Shown here: piece by piece, positions 51,174 through 61,800 of the stretch
Numbering within the stretch: position 1 is the first letter of the stretch
Layout: the number at the start of each line of letters is the position of its first letter
Assembly (NCBI GenBank): GCA_963727525.1
Contig: CAVSGO010000007.1
Span: 1,536,001-1,600,000 of the forward strand
From: an uncultured bacterium
Lineage (GTDB): Bacteria; Krumholzibacteriota; Krumholzibacteriia; LZORAL124-64-63
Length of the DNA stretch: 64,000 nt
Direction of reading: 5' to 3'
Program-made: the position numbers and the translations under genes
Notes under the pieces: model-generated
What the model was told of the DNA's origin: nothing
Database searches by the model: none
The model's input: only the letters and a program-made list of their open reading frames with translations

Positions 51174-51359
51174 GGGGCGAGACTCCTGCGGTCTGCGCCT
51201 CCCTGCAATAGCTCTCCAGGTCCATCCGGAGCCGAGATTCAAGAATCGGATTGCCTGCAGTTTAGCTAATGATATCCGTAAAAGCCAAGAGAATTCTCGT
51301 CGTCGCGATTGCCCTCCCCTACCGGATCGCGCATCATGCTGGAAAGAAGGGGACTTGCC

Positions 51360-53033
51360 ATGCCGACCCGACTCCATGCGACCGCGTCCGCCCTGCGCCT
51401 CGTCCTCGTGGGGGCTGTGCTGAGCGGTTTGCCCCTCGCAATACCCGGCTGCGCGAGCGCCGGCGGCAAAGACCGCTGGCGAGAGCGGCCCTACGACCCG
51501 CCGCGCGCCGTGGCTCAAATACGCACCGAAGACGGACGCTGTCCCGGTTCGGCCGGCCCCGCGCCGACGGATGCGCGCCTGCGACTCGGCCTCCCCGGCC
51601 CGGTCTCGTCCCTTGATGCGCCGCTCGCGGTGACGGAAGCCGAACGCCACATCTTCGCCAACCTCTACGAGACACTCGTGCGCGTCGACTGCGACGGGGC
51701 CGCACGGCCGGGACTGGCGAGCACGTGGGCGGCATTCGACGGCGGTCGAACGTGGGTCTTCGTGCTGAGACCGGGAGCCACGTTCTGGGACGGGGTGCCG
51801 GTGTCCGCCGCCGATGTCATCGCGAGCTGGCGGCGTGGGGCGCAGATCCGCGCCGCGCGGGGCGAGCCGGCGACCGGCGGCGCCCTCGACCTCGGACGGG
51901 GTGCGGCGGTCGCGGCCGGCCGCGACACCGTCGTCATCCATCTTCCGCAACCGCTCGAACGTCTGCCGCTGCTGCTCGCCAACCCCTCACTCGTCACCGC
52001 GCGGTCAGGACCAGGCGCCTGGCCGCTCGGCACCGGCCCCTGCCGGGTCGATACGGCACCGGGGCTCGCCGATACGCTGCGGCTGCGTCCCAATCCGGCA
52101 CATCCACGCGCGCCTCGCTGGTCGACGCTCACGGTCGTGGACACGCAGGCTGCGCGTGGCGACGGCAATCTCGACGCCGTCGTCGTGCGCGAACGCGACG
52201 CAGTCGCCATGTGGCAACGCCGCGGTCTGCGCGCCCACCCACTCCCGTGGGATCGCGTCTACCTCCTGGCGTGCCCGCCCGCCGACGGCGAACGCTCGCC
52301 CGCCGAGCGGCAGCGCTGGACGACGGGCTGGAGCGCGCGCGCGCTGGCGCGCGAAACCGTGGCCGAGGCGTGGCCGGCCGAGGATCCGTTCTTCGTCGAA
52401 CCCGGGGCGAACGTCTGCCCGGAGCTGCCCGGTCCGGTGACGCGTCTCGACTGGCCCTCCTTCTCCTGGCCCGCGGTGGCCGCCTCGCGCGATATCGATC
52501 TCGTGCTCTATCCCCGAGGCTGGCCCGAGGCCGGACGCCTGGCCGAAGCGCTGGCCGAGGCCGCCGCCCAGCCCCGCCGCCCGGGACGCGACGTGGTCGG
52601 GCGAGGCCCCCTCACCCCCGACTTTCCACCGTCCGGAGCCGCGGCTCCGCAGGCCGTCGCCGTGCCCGCGGCCGACTTTCCCGGGGCGTTCCAATCCGGG
52701 CGGGCGGGTGCCTACATCCTGCCCCTCTGGCGCGATGACGCCACCGCGTGCGCCCAGCTCGCCGATCTGGTGACGCGCGCCGACTGGCTCCAGAATGCCG
52801 CCATGGGAGCCGGCGATGAGACCACGGTCGTGCCCCCGGGCGCCACCGCGCCGACGCCGGCCGAGACCACGAACATTCCGCGCGCGCAACGCATCGCCCT
52901 GCGCCTGGCGCGGGACCAGGTGCTCCTGTCCCTCATGCGCACGCGGGCCACGCTGCTCCTGCGCCCCACCGCCGACATGGTGTGGGATGCGACCGGGCGC
53001 CTCGACCTGGGCGCACCGTCCACAGGACAGTAG
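51360..53033 (+). CDS. Divergent family-5 solute-binding lipoprotein
   Basis: Lipobox-like IPG-C; LYETLVRVD...PGLASTW...TWVFVLRPGATFWDGVPVSAADV; LGTGP. Confidence 0.7.
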   Translation: MPTRLHATASALRLVLVGAVLSGLPLAIPGCASAGGKDRWRERPYDPPRAVAQIRTEDGRCPGSAGPAPTDARLRLGLPGPVSSLDAPLAVTEAERHIFANLYETLVRVDCDGAARPGLASTWAAFDGGRTWVFVLRPGATFWDGVPVSAADVIASWRRGAQIRAARGEPATGGALDLGRGAAVAAGRDTVVIHLPQPLERLPLLLANPSLVTARSGPGAWPLGTGPCRVDTAPGLADTLRLRPNPAHPRAPRWSTLTVVDTQAARGDGNLDAVVVRERDAVAMWQRRGLRAHPLPWDRVYLLACPPADGERSPAERQRWTTGWSARALARETVAEAWPAEDPFFVEPGANVCPELPGPVTRLDWPSFSWPAVAASRDIDLVLYPRGWPEAGRLAEALAEAAAQPRRPGRDVVGRGPLTPDFPPSGAAAPQAVAVPAADFPGAFQSGRAGAYILPLWRDDATACAQLADLVTRADWLQNAAMGAGDETTVVPPGATAPTPAETTNIPRAQRIALRLARDQVLLSLMRTRATLLLRPTADMVWDATGRLDLGAPSTGQ

Positions 53034-53053
53034 ATATTCCATTAAATATTATC

Positions 53054-53080
53054 TCAAGACATCAAATTAGGCGCCGAAAG
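53054..53080 (+). promoter_or_regulatory. Sigma28 (FliA)-type promoter for cheW
   Basis: TCAAG-N14-GCCGAAAG, equivalent to TAAA-N15-GCCGATAA spacing; AT-rich element upstream. Confidence 0.6.
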
Positions 53081-53127
53081 TGAAGGCGTTCCGGGCGACC
53101 ATGAGCCTTCACCGAGGTGACTTCACA

Positions 53128-53652
53128 ATGAGCCAGTACCAGAGCAACACCGCCGTACTCGACGCGGTCGACTCCAGGGCCCTCGCCGGCAAGTACATGG
53201 GTTTCCAGCTTGGCGCCGAGACTTTCGGCATCGCCATCCTGAAGGTCCAGGAGATCATCGGGCTGCTGCCCATCACGCACGTCCCCCGTACACCCGAGTT
53301 CGTGCGCGGCGTGATCAACCTGCGGGGCAAGGTGATCCCGGTCGTCGACCTGCGCCGGAAGTTCGCGCTGGAGACGATCGAGGACACGGAACTGACGTGC
53401 ATCATGGTCGTGCAGGTCGCGATGGATGACCGCGAGGTCACGATGGGCATCATCGTCGACCAGGTGTCCGAGGTCATGGACATCCAGGCCGGCCAGGTGG
53501 AGCCCACGCCGTCGCTCGGCGCGACGGAGGCCGAGAACTTCCTCCTGGGTATCGGCAAGTTCAACCAGATCGTCGTGCTGCTCCTCGATGTGGATCGCGT
53601 CCTGTCGAGCCACGAGTGGCATCTCGTTGGTGCCATGGGCGACGAGTCATAA
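53128..53652 (+). CDS. cheW: Chemotaxis coupling protein CheW
   Basis: FQLGAETFGI, VQEII, VPRTPEFVRGVINLRGKVIPVVDLR, GIIVDQVSEV. Confidence 0.95.
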   Translation: MSQYQSNTAVLDAVDSRALAGKYMGFQLGAETFGIAILKVQEIIGLLPITHVPRTPEFVRGVINLRGKVIPVVDLRRKFALETIEDTELTCIMVVQVAMDDREVTMGIIVDQVSEVMDIQAGQVEPTPSLGATEAENFLLGIGKFNQIVVLLLDVDRVLSSHEWHLVGAMGDES

Positions 53653-53678
53653 ACCCCCCGGCTCCTCGTCCAGGCCAT

Positions 53679-53705
53679 GACGGGCCCCGCGTCGCGGGGC
53701 CCGTC
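53679..53705. terminator. Stem-loop after cheW
   Basis: GACGGGCCCCGC-gtc-GCGGGGCCCGTC, a 12-bp perfect stem. Confidence 0.5.
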
Positions 53706-53760
53706 GCTCTATGCCGGGCATCGTCGTCCGCACATTGCCGTATCCGGCCTACCTGACCTA

Positions 53761-53800
53761 TACTCTGAGCGTCACCCCAATACCCTGAGCGTCACCCCAA
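53761..53800. repeat. 20-bp tandem duplication
   Basis: TACTCTGAGCGTCACCCCAA followed directly by TACCCTGAGCGTCACCCCAA (1 mismatch). Confidence 0.9.
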
Positions 53801-53824
53801 GTCGCCGAGGTGGTTCACTCGTCC

Positions 53825-55831
53825 ATGCCGCGCCGCTGTGTCATCCTCACGCTCCTGCTCCCGGCAGCCGCGGCAGCCGCAACCCCATTGCCTCGCGTGG
53901 GTCGCTGGCTCGATGCTGCAGCATTCGAGCGCGGTGCACCCTCGCGGGCGCCGTGGCCCGGGCGGATCCCCGCCGCCGACGATCGTGGGTTCGACGTCCT
54001 GCACTACGACCTCGATCTGAACCTGGACGTGGCGCACAGCTCCCTGGCGGGCGATGCCGGCATCACCCTGCGCCTGCTCGCGGCGCCGACCGGCGGGCTG
54101 CGGCTCGATCTCGTCGATGCCATGCCGGCGAGCGCCGTCGTCTGGGACGGCGCACCCGCGCCCTGGGTGCAGCGGGGCGACAGCCTGCTCGTCACCGCGC
54201 CGGCGACGGCGGCCGCCGGCGACACAGCCACCATCACCGTGACCTACGCGGGGCGTCCGCCGCGGCACGGGCCGCTATACTCGGGGCTGATGTTCCGGGC
54301 CCACGGCGCGGGCACGCCCGACGACCCCACGGACGACGGTCCGAGCGTCGCCAATGTGAGCGAGCCCTACTCGGCGCATAGCTGGTTCCCGTGCAAGGAC
54401 CACCCGGCCGACAAGGCCACCCTGCGCCTCGCCGCCGAGACGGCTGACTCCCTCGTGGCAGTATCCAACGGCGTGCGCGTATCCGACACTCCCACGACGC
54501 CGGGGCGGCATCGCGTGGTGTGGCGGACCGACCACGCCATCGCCACCTACCTCGTGGGCCTCGCCGTCAGCGACTACGCGACCGCGGACACGCTGTGCCC
54601 GTGCACCGCCGGCGATCTGCCCCTGGCGACCTACGCGTTCCCGGCCGACCGGGCCCTCGCAGACACGGTCTTCGCCCCCACATGCGAGATGCTCCAGTGG
54701 CTGGAAGGCCTCGCCGGCCCCTACGCGTTCGCCGACGAGAAGTACGCACAGGCGGAGATGATCTGGGGCGGCGCCATGGAGAACCAGACGGCAACCGTGG
54801 TGGGCCAGACCGCACTGTTCCAGGGCGAGAGCGCGCATCTCGTGGTGGTGCACGAACTGTCGCACCAGTGGTTCGGCGATGCCGTCACCCCGGCGCGCTG
54901 GCGCGATATCTGGCTCAACGAGGGCTTCGCGCGCTACAGCGAGGCACTGTGGCTGGAGCACACCGAGGGGCAGGCGGCGATGCTCGCCTACATGCACCTG
55001 CTCGGCCCGGGGCACGACCCCGACCTCTTCCAGAACGCGGGCCTGCTCGGCGACCCCGACCCGCTCATCACGCTGCTCGTCTACAACAAGGGCGCCTGGC
55101 TGCTGCACATGCTGCGGTTCCATGTGGGCGATGCCGCGTTCTTCGCCGGTCTGCGCGCCTGGGCCACGGATTCGCGCTGGCACTACGGCGACGCCACCAC
55201 GGCCGACTTCGTCGCCGTCATGTCCGCGGCCGCAGATGAGGATCTCACCTCCTTCGTCGCACCCTGGCTGGAGACACAGGCCGTGCCGGAGATCGCGGTG
55301 CAGGTGCAGCCGCGGCAACCGGGCGATCCCAAGCTCACGCATCTCCTGGTGACACAGACGCAGACGCCGTTCTTTCCACTCACGGTGCCGGTGCGGCTAT
55401 ATTTCGGCGGCGAGACGATCGACGTACGCGTGCGCTGCAACACGCCGCGGCAGGTGGCGTCGGTGCCGCAAGTGGGTGCCGTGGACAGCCTGGTCGTCGA
55501 TCCCGACGGCTGGTTGCTGTGGCGCGCGGTGACGACCCCGGCGCCGACGATGCAGATCCTCGCGCCCCGGCCCAACCCGGCACGCAACGCGGTCACCCTC
55601 GCGTTCACGCTCCGCGAGACCGCCGCGACCACCGTGCGCGTCTTCGATGCCCGCGGCCGGCGCCTGGGCGTGTGGTCGCTCGGCACGCTGGCGGCCGGCG
55701 GCGATATCCCGCACACGTGGACATGGGACGGACACGACGACGCCGGCCGCAGGGTGGCAGCCGGCGTCTACTGGTTCGTCATCACGGCTGGCCGCGGCCG
55801 TGCCGTGGGCAAGGCCACGTTGCTGCGCTGA
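53825..55831 (+). CDS. Secreted M1 aminopeptidase with FlgD-Ig/T9SS-like C-terminal domain
   Basis: Signal peptide; GAMEN; HELSHQWFG...WLNEGFA; YNKGA; C-terminal PRPNP...VFDARGRRL...WDGHDDAGRRVAAGVY. Confidence 0.92.
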   Translation: MPRRCVILTLLLPAAAAAATPLPRVGRWLDAAAFERGAPSRAPWPGRIPAADDRGFDVLHYDLDLNLDVAHSSLAGDAGITLRLLAAPTGGLRLDLVDAMPASAVVWDGAPAPWVQRGDSLLVTAPATAAAGDTATITVTYAGRPPRHGPLYSGLMFRAHGAGTPDDPTDDGPSVANVSEPYSAHSWFPCKDHPADKATLRLAAETADSLVAVSNGVRVSDTPTTPGRHRVVWRTDHAIATYLVGLAVSDYATADTLCPCTAGDLPLATYAFPADRALADTVFAPTCEMLQWLEGLAGPYAFADEKYAQAEMIWGGAMENQTATVVGQTALFQGESAHLVVVHELSHQWFGDAVTPARWRDIWLNEGFARYSEALWLEHTEGQAAMLAYMHLLGPGHDPDLFQNAGLLGDPDPLITLLVYNKGAWLLHMLRFHVGDAAFFAGLRAWATDSRWHYGDATTADFVAVMSAAADEDLTSFVAPWLETQAVPEIAVQVQPRQPGDPKLTHLLVTQTQTPFFPLTVPVRLYFGGETIDVRVRCNTPRQVASVPQVGAVDSLVVDPDGWLLWRAVTTPAPTMQILAPRPNPARNAVTLAFTLRETAATTVRVFDARGRRLGVWSLGTLAAGGDIPHTWTWDGHDDAGRRVAAGVYWFVITAGRGRAVGKATLLR

Positions 55832-55838
55832 GTCGCAA

Positions 55839-56372
55839 CTACCGGCCGGCCGGGGGCGTCCCGGTGGAGTCGGGCGCGATCCGCGTCCAGGTCGTGGTAC
55901 GGCCGAGCAGCGAGACACCGATGAAGCCGCGCACGTCGAGGGTGCCCGCGTCCTTCAGCTCCATCTTGCACTTGTAGGTCTTGCCGTTCTCGGGGTCGTA
56001 GATGGCGCCGTCCTTGTACTTGCCCTCGCCGTCGTACTTGAAGAACCGCACGATCTCCAGACCGAGCAGCGGGCGCGCGCGCAACCCCTCAGCCGGGTTC
56101 TTGCGATCGACCTTGATCTGCCCCGCCATGCCGTCCGGATCGTCGGCGGGATACTCGAGTTCCTTCAGCCAGACGATCTTGCCATAGTACCGGTCCCCGC
56201 GGCTGAAGACCTCGACGTGGGCCTTGCCGTTCTCGGTGAGCCACAGTCCACATACGGCGTCGGCGTCGCCATGATCGTCGGCCACGGCGACGGCGGCAGG
56301 CGTGAGTGCGCCCACGACGATCATGGAGAAGACCAGGGCGAGGGCGGATCGGCCGGAGGTCATGCGCGTCAC
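55839..56372 (-). CDS. DUF2147 family exported protein
   Basis: GLWLT, YGKIVW, DRKNP...RPLLGLEI, GAIYDPENGKTY, LDVRGFIGVSLLGRTTTWTR. Confidence 0.88.
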   Translation of the reverse strand: MTRMTSGRSALALVFSMIVVGALTPAAVAVADDHGDADAVCGLWLTENGKAHVEVFSRGDRYYGKIVWLKELEYPADDPDGMAGQIKVDRKNPAEGLRARPLLGLEIVRFFKYDGEGKYKDGAIYDPENGKTYKCKMELKDAGTLDVRGFIGVSLLGRTTTWTRIAPDSTGTPPAGR

Positions 56373-56475
56373 GTCGTGTCCTTTCGGTTGCTGGCGGGTC
56401 GCCGGCATGGCGACGCGTGTGGCCAGACTAGCCGACCGCGGCCGGCCGCGTCCAGCCGCGATCTCAGCCGTCGTC

Positions 56476-58794
56476 TCAGTCGAGCGGGCGTAGCGGTGCG
56501 ATGCGTGGGATGATGTGCTTGCGGCCCGCGTCGCGAAAATCGACGGTCACCAGCAGGTCGCCGCCCTGCCCCTCGACGCGCACCACGACGCCGGCCCCGA
56601 AACTCGCATGGGCCACGGCCTGGCCGGGGAAGTAGGGCGCGGTCTGTGCTACGTCGCGCTCCCAGTCGACGTCACGACTCGCCGTGGTCGCCGGCGCGGG
56701 CCGACGCCGGCCATGAAGCGAGCCCCAGTCCTGCGGACGCACTGCGGGGCCGGTGCTGCGCGCGGACGCCGCGCGGACCCGACGGGACGCGGCACCGGAC
56801 GCGGCACCGGACGCGTCGCCGAAGAGCGCACGCCCCACCGGCGCCTGCCAGCCGCGGTTCAGCTCCTGGCGCGTGCACACGTCGTCGGGAATCTCGCGCA
56901 GGAAACGCGAGGGGAGGCTGTCCTCGTAGGCGCCGAATCGCCGGCGGCGCGCGGCGTGCAGCAGATGGATCCGCTCCCGCGCACGCGTGAGCGCCACGTA
57001 GAAGAGACGGCGTTCCTCCTCCACTCCCGCCTCGGTGTCGCTGCTCGAGATATGCGGCAGGAGATCGTCCTCGCAGCCGGTCAGGATGACCACCGGAAAC
57101 TCGAGTCCCTTGGCCGTATGCACCGTCATCAGGCGCACCACGCCCTCGCCATCGGGGATGGTGTCCGGATCGGCGACGAGGGCGATCTGCTCGAGGAACT
57201 GGAGGAGCGTGCCGCCATCGCTGGCCTCGTCGAACGACTGCGCTGCGTTGACCAGCTCGGCAATGTTCTCCAGCCGGCTCTCCACGCTCTCGGGCTCGTC
57301 TTGCTGGAGGTGTTCCTCGTAGCGGATGTCCTTGATGATGCGCGTCAGCAGTGCCGGCACCCGCAGCATGCCCTCGCGTGACGCGGTGCGCCACCGCGCG
57401 ACCAGATCGAGGAAGGTGCGCAGGCGTCCGGCCGCGGCGCCGCCCACGGCAGCTTCGAGCAACCCCGGCGCGACCGCCGCCTCGCCGGGCGTGAGGTCGG
57501 CCTCGGCCGCCGCCCCCAGCAAGCCGCCGACGCTGGCTTCGCCAAGGCGGCGTTTCGGCACATTGGCGATGCGTTGCAGCGACACCACATCGGCCGGGTT
57601 GGCCACCAGCTTCAGGTACGCCAGAAGGTCGCGGATCTCACGCCGTTCGTAGAACTGCACACTGCCCACCACCTGGTGCGGCACGTGCGCGCGGCGCAGC
57701 GCGTCCTCGATGAGGCGCGACTGGGCGTTCGTCCGGTAGAGCACCGTGACGTCGCCGCGCGGGCGGCCGCCGGCCGTCACCTCCCGCACGATGCCCACCA
57801 CGCGCGCCGCCTCGTCCTCCGCGTCGAGGTACTCCTCCGCCACCAGCGGTTCGCCGGCGCCGGCATCCGTCCACAGGTTCTTGCCCTTGCGCCGCCGGTT
57901 GTGGGCGATGACCGCGTTGGCAGCCGCGAGGATGTTGCCCACGCTGCGGTAGTTCTGCTCCAGGCGCAGCACATGCGCGCCCGGAAAGAACTGCTCGAAC
58001 TCGAGCATGTTCTCCACGCGCGCACCGCGCCAGCCGTAAATCGCCTGATCGTCGTCGCCCACGACGAAGAGGTTTCCGTGCGCGCTCGACAGCAGCTTCA
58101 CGAGCAGGAGCTGCAGCGGGTTCGTGTCCTGGAACTCATCGACCAGCACGTGCTCGAAGCGCTCGGCGTAGCGCCGCCGCACCGCCTCGTGCTCCTCCAG
58201 CAGGCGGACGGTCTTGAGGATGAGGTCGTCGAAATCGACGGCGTGGCAGCGCGTCAGAGCCTGCTCGTAGGCGCCGTAGAGGCGCGCGTACACCTCTTCG
58301 ACGTAGGTGCCCGCACCCGCCACTGCCGCGACCGGCGCCACGTCGTCGTTCTTCCAGCCGCTGATCGCGGCCCGCACGCCCGGCACGGGGAACTGCTTGG
58401 CGTCCACCTTCTCGTCGGCGAGCACGCGCTTGAGCAGACGCTTCTGGTCGTCGGTATCGTAGATCGCGAAGCCTGGATCGAGGCCGCTCACCGCACCATC
58501 AGCACGCAGGATGCGCACGCCCGTGGCGTGGAAGGTTCCGATCCAGTACGGCGCCCGGCCGGCCCCCACGGCACGATCGACTCGCTCGCGCATCTCGCGC
58601 GCAGCCTTGTTGGTGAACGTGTATGCAAGCACCGCGCCGGGCCGCACGCCGCGCGCGAGCAGCCAGGCGATGCGTGTGGTCAGTACGCGGGTCTTGCCGC
58701 TGCCCGCACCGGCGACCACGAGGACGGGGCCATCGGGGGCGGTCACGGCGGCGCTCTGCGCCGGATTCAGGTCGTGCAAGAGGTCTTCGGACAC
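56476..58794 (-). CDS. pcrA: SF1 DNA helicase PcrA/UvrD
   Basis: AGAGSGKT, TFTNKAA, DEFQD, VGDDDQAIYGWRGA, LYRTNAQSR, TVHTAKGLEF, EERRLFYVALTRA; C-terminal Tudor-like HASFGAG. Confidence 0.95.
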   Translation of the reverse strand: MSEDLLHDLNPAQSAAVTAPDGPVLVVAGAGSGKTRVLTTRIAWLLARGVRPGAVLAYTFTNKAAREMRERVDRAVGAGRAPYWIGTFHATGVRILRADGAVSGLDPGFAIYDTDDQKRLLKRVLADEKVDAKQFPVPGVRAAISGWKNDDVAPVAAVAGAGTYVEEVYARLYGAYEQALTRCHAVDFDDLILKTVRLLEEHEAVRRRYAERFEHVLVDEFQDTNPLQLLLVKLLSSAHGNLFVVGDDDQAIYGWRGARVENMLEFEQFFPGAHVLRLEQNYRSVGNILAAANAVIAHNRRRKGKNLWTDAGAGEPLVAEEYLDAEDEAARVVGIVREVTAGGRPRGDVTVLYRTNAQSRLIEDALRRAHVPHQVVGSVQFYERREIRDLLAYLKLVANPADVVSLQRIANVPKRRLGEASVGGLLGAAAEADLTPGEAAVAPGLLEAAVGGAAAGRLRTFLDLVARWRTASREGMLRVPALLTRIIKDIRYEEHLQQDEPESVESRLENIAELVNAAQSFDEASDGGTLLQFLEQIALVADPDTIPDGEGVVRLMTVHTAKGLEFPVVILTGCEDDLLPHISSSDTEAGVEEERRLFYVALTRARERIHLLHAARRRRFGAYEDSLPSRFLREIPDDVCTRQELNRGWQAPVGRALFGDASGAASGAASRRVRAASARSTGPAVRPQDWGSLHGRRRPAPATTASRDVDWERDVAQTAPYFPGQAVAHASFGAGVVVRVEGQGGDLLVTVDFRDAGRKHIIPRIAPLRPLD

Positions 58795-58825
58795 GGGTGC
58801 TCCTTCACCGGGTAAGTCGCCGACC

Positions 58826-61800
58826 CTAGAAGTCGGGGCCGATGCTGAACTGGAAGATGTTGCCGCCGATCTTGCGCAGGTCCGTGCGCCACGCCCAGTC
58901 GAGCTTCACGGGCAGGAACAGGAAGTTGAAACGCAGCCCCAGGCCCACGTCGCCATGCAGTTCGTCCATGCCCCAGCGGCCCGAGTCGTCGCTGCCGAAG
59001 AGCTTGACGCGGTCGGTCCAGGCGCTGCCGGCATCGAAGTACAGGGCCCCGCCGATGCCGGTGATGCCCCAGCGCGCCGGCCAGCCAAAGATCAGGTAAT
59101 CCACCAGCGGCAAGCGGTACTCGAGGCTGAAGAGCGCCAGCTTCGAGCCGGCCAGGGCCGGCAACGTCTGGTAGTCGTAGTAACGGTAGCCGCGTAAGGT
59201 CCATGGTCCGCCAATGATGAAGGCGCGGGGATCGGCGCCGTCGCTGCGCGCATACGTGACGTGCAACGCCAGGCTGTTGCGCCGCAGTGGCAGCCAGTAC
59301 TTGCGCAGATCGAAGACGCCGGTCCAGCGATCGAGGCCGGAGTCACCCAGCGGCACGGTGCGCGAGAAGCTCGCCGACCAGCGACTGCCCAGCATGGGCC
59401 CGTGCAAACCGTAGAGCGCGTTGTCGTGCACGTAGTCGAGTTCGGGCTCGAGTAGCAGGTTGTTGCGCCGATCGGTGGGCACGAGGAAGCCGAAGTTGTC
59501 GACGTCGTAAAGCGTGCGCTCGCTGCGCATGGCCTGGAGCGTGAGGTCGATGCGGTCGAAGGTCGAGAGCGGATAGCTGGCGCGGCCGAAGACGCCGTAG
59601 TTCTTCTCCTTGAAGAGTGTGTCGTTCGTCAGCAGTTCCCCCACGCTCGTGAGGACCGAGTTGTAATAGTTGTTCAGCAGGAAGGCGCCGCCGCTCAGGT
59701 TGATGCGATGATCGAGGCGCGTGTAGGTGAACGCGAGGTCGCTGTTGTCGAACGACCCGTAGAAATTCAGCAAGATGTCCAGGCGACGATCGCCGAGGTC
59801 GTCGGAGAGCGTGATGATGTTGGCAAGGCCGAGACCGCCGGCGCTCGTCCAGTATACCGAACCGCCGGCGAGGGCCTGCGAGGCATCGAGGCGGAACTTC
59901 GGCCGATAGGGCTCGATGCGCCCGATGCGCTCGGGATCGATGAGCAGCGAATCGGGCGCCGCGGCCCGGTCGACGAGGCGCGGCGGCGCTTGCGCCACCG
60001 GCGCCGGCGCCGTGCCGGTGGGCTGGCGGTGCGACCACTCGGCCAGGAAGGCGTCGGCGGCATAGAGGTCGTAGCCCGCATAGTGAAAGGCGCTGAAGAC
60101 GAGGCGATCACCACGTGCACTGTAGGTCAGATGCTGGATTCCACCGAGCAGGTTCGTCAATCGCCGTTCCCCGACGACCTGCGACCCCGCGGAATCGAGT
60201 TGTGCGACCGACAGGTTGGCCAGGCCATCGGAAGCGTCGACGAGGGCGAGAGTGCGCGGGCCCACCCAGATGGGTTCGCGGCGGCCGTCGGCGGACTCCC
60301 AGAGTCGGTGGCGCCGACCGCTCACGACGTCGAGGATCTCCACGGCCGGAGCCGGCGCCGTGCGGCTGGTATCGTCATTCGCATCACCGGTTCGCCGCGC
60401 CCACAGCAGCGTGCGGCGACCATCCGCGTCCACGGCGAACTCGCTGGCCAGCTCCGCCATCGTGTCGAAGGCGAAGACCAGTCGCCGGCCATCGGGCGAC
60501 CAGCGGGGGCTGCCCTCGTCGCCCACGTCGTCGGTGAGGCGGTAGAGACGTACGCCGTCGCCGAGATCCTCGGGGACGCCGATCGCGTGGTCGGCGGCAG
60601 CGAGGGGCGCATCGCCGCCCAGATCGACGAGGTACAGATCCGTGCGCCCGTAGCGCGTGCCCACCACGGCGACGGTGCGTCCGTCGGGCGACCAGGCTGG
60701 ATTGGCGATGATATCCAGACCCAGGCGCAGGCTACGGGTGACGTCGCCGGTCTCCACGTCGATGGTGTGGAGGGTCTCCGCGTTGTCGCTCTTGGCCACG
60801 AGGGCGATCTCATGACCTTCGGGCGACCAGGTGAGCCCCGAGCGGAAGCTGTGGAAGCTCTCGAAGCGGTCGCTGCGCATGCTACGGCCGAGGCGCCGCA
60901 GGATCCGCCCGTCGATGGCGGAGGCCAGCACCAGGTCGAGCAGCCCATCGCGGTCGGTGAAGTAGACGACGCGGTCGCCATCGGGACTCAGCGCCGGACG
61001 TTCATTGTACGAGGCGCGGTCGACCTCGTGGTCGGTAAGGGGCCGCGCAATGTCCGCTGCCTGCTCGAGTCCCGCGTAATCCGGCCAGTAGCGCCGGCGC
61101 AGCTCGCGGCTGTAGATCTTCTGCAATTCCTCCATCGACAGGCCATACACGCGGTGCAGCGCCTTGTCGACACTGCGCTGGCGTCCCACCGCGCGCCAGA
61201 ATTCGTTCAGTTTCTCGGCGCCGTAGCGGTCGCTGAGCAGGCGCATCGCCGCCTGGCCTTCCTTGTAGACGAGGAAGCCACTCGCGAGGTCCAGGGGCAC
61301 GAGGTAGTCGTTGATGGTGGCGTCGCGGATCACCATGTCCGCCTCGGCGTCCCAGCCCGACGACAGCCACTCGGCCACGCCCTCGGCAAACCAAAGCGGG
61401 ATCTGGAAGAACGCGTTGCGGCCCAGCTCGGCGCCGCGCGGCCCGTAGGCCATGTCGAACATGAAGACGTGCACCAGCTCGTGGCGGATCACGTGCACGA
61501 AGTCGGCCTGCGAACCGTCGTACGGCAGCACGACGCGATTGCGGAAGGGTTCGCTGAATCCGCCGGTGCCCTCGCCGATCAGGTAGTCGGAGATGTTGGT
61601 CTGGGCAAAGGCCGCATGGCTCGAATAGAGGATGAACGGCACGCGGAACGGCAGCTCGCGGTCGAGCCGATCGGCGTACTCCTTGTAGGCACGCTCCGCG
61701 ATCACCGCGGCGCGCACGGCCAGCTCGTCGGCGCCGTCGTGGAAGTGGATGTCGAAGTGGGGAGTGACCAGCACCTGCCAGCTCAGGGCGTGCGTCTGGA

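Noticed and set aside
53060-53127. c-di-GMP riboswitch upstream of cheW
   Set aside because: Lacks the GGCAAA...GAAA...GACGCAAAG pattern; the region is better explained by a sigma28 promoter and a single hairpin.
56785-56815. 12-bp tandem repeat GGACGCGGCACC
   Set aside because: In-frame low-complexity linker (ASGAASGAAS) inside pcrA; not a CRISPR or regulatory repeat.
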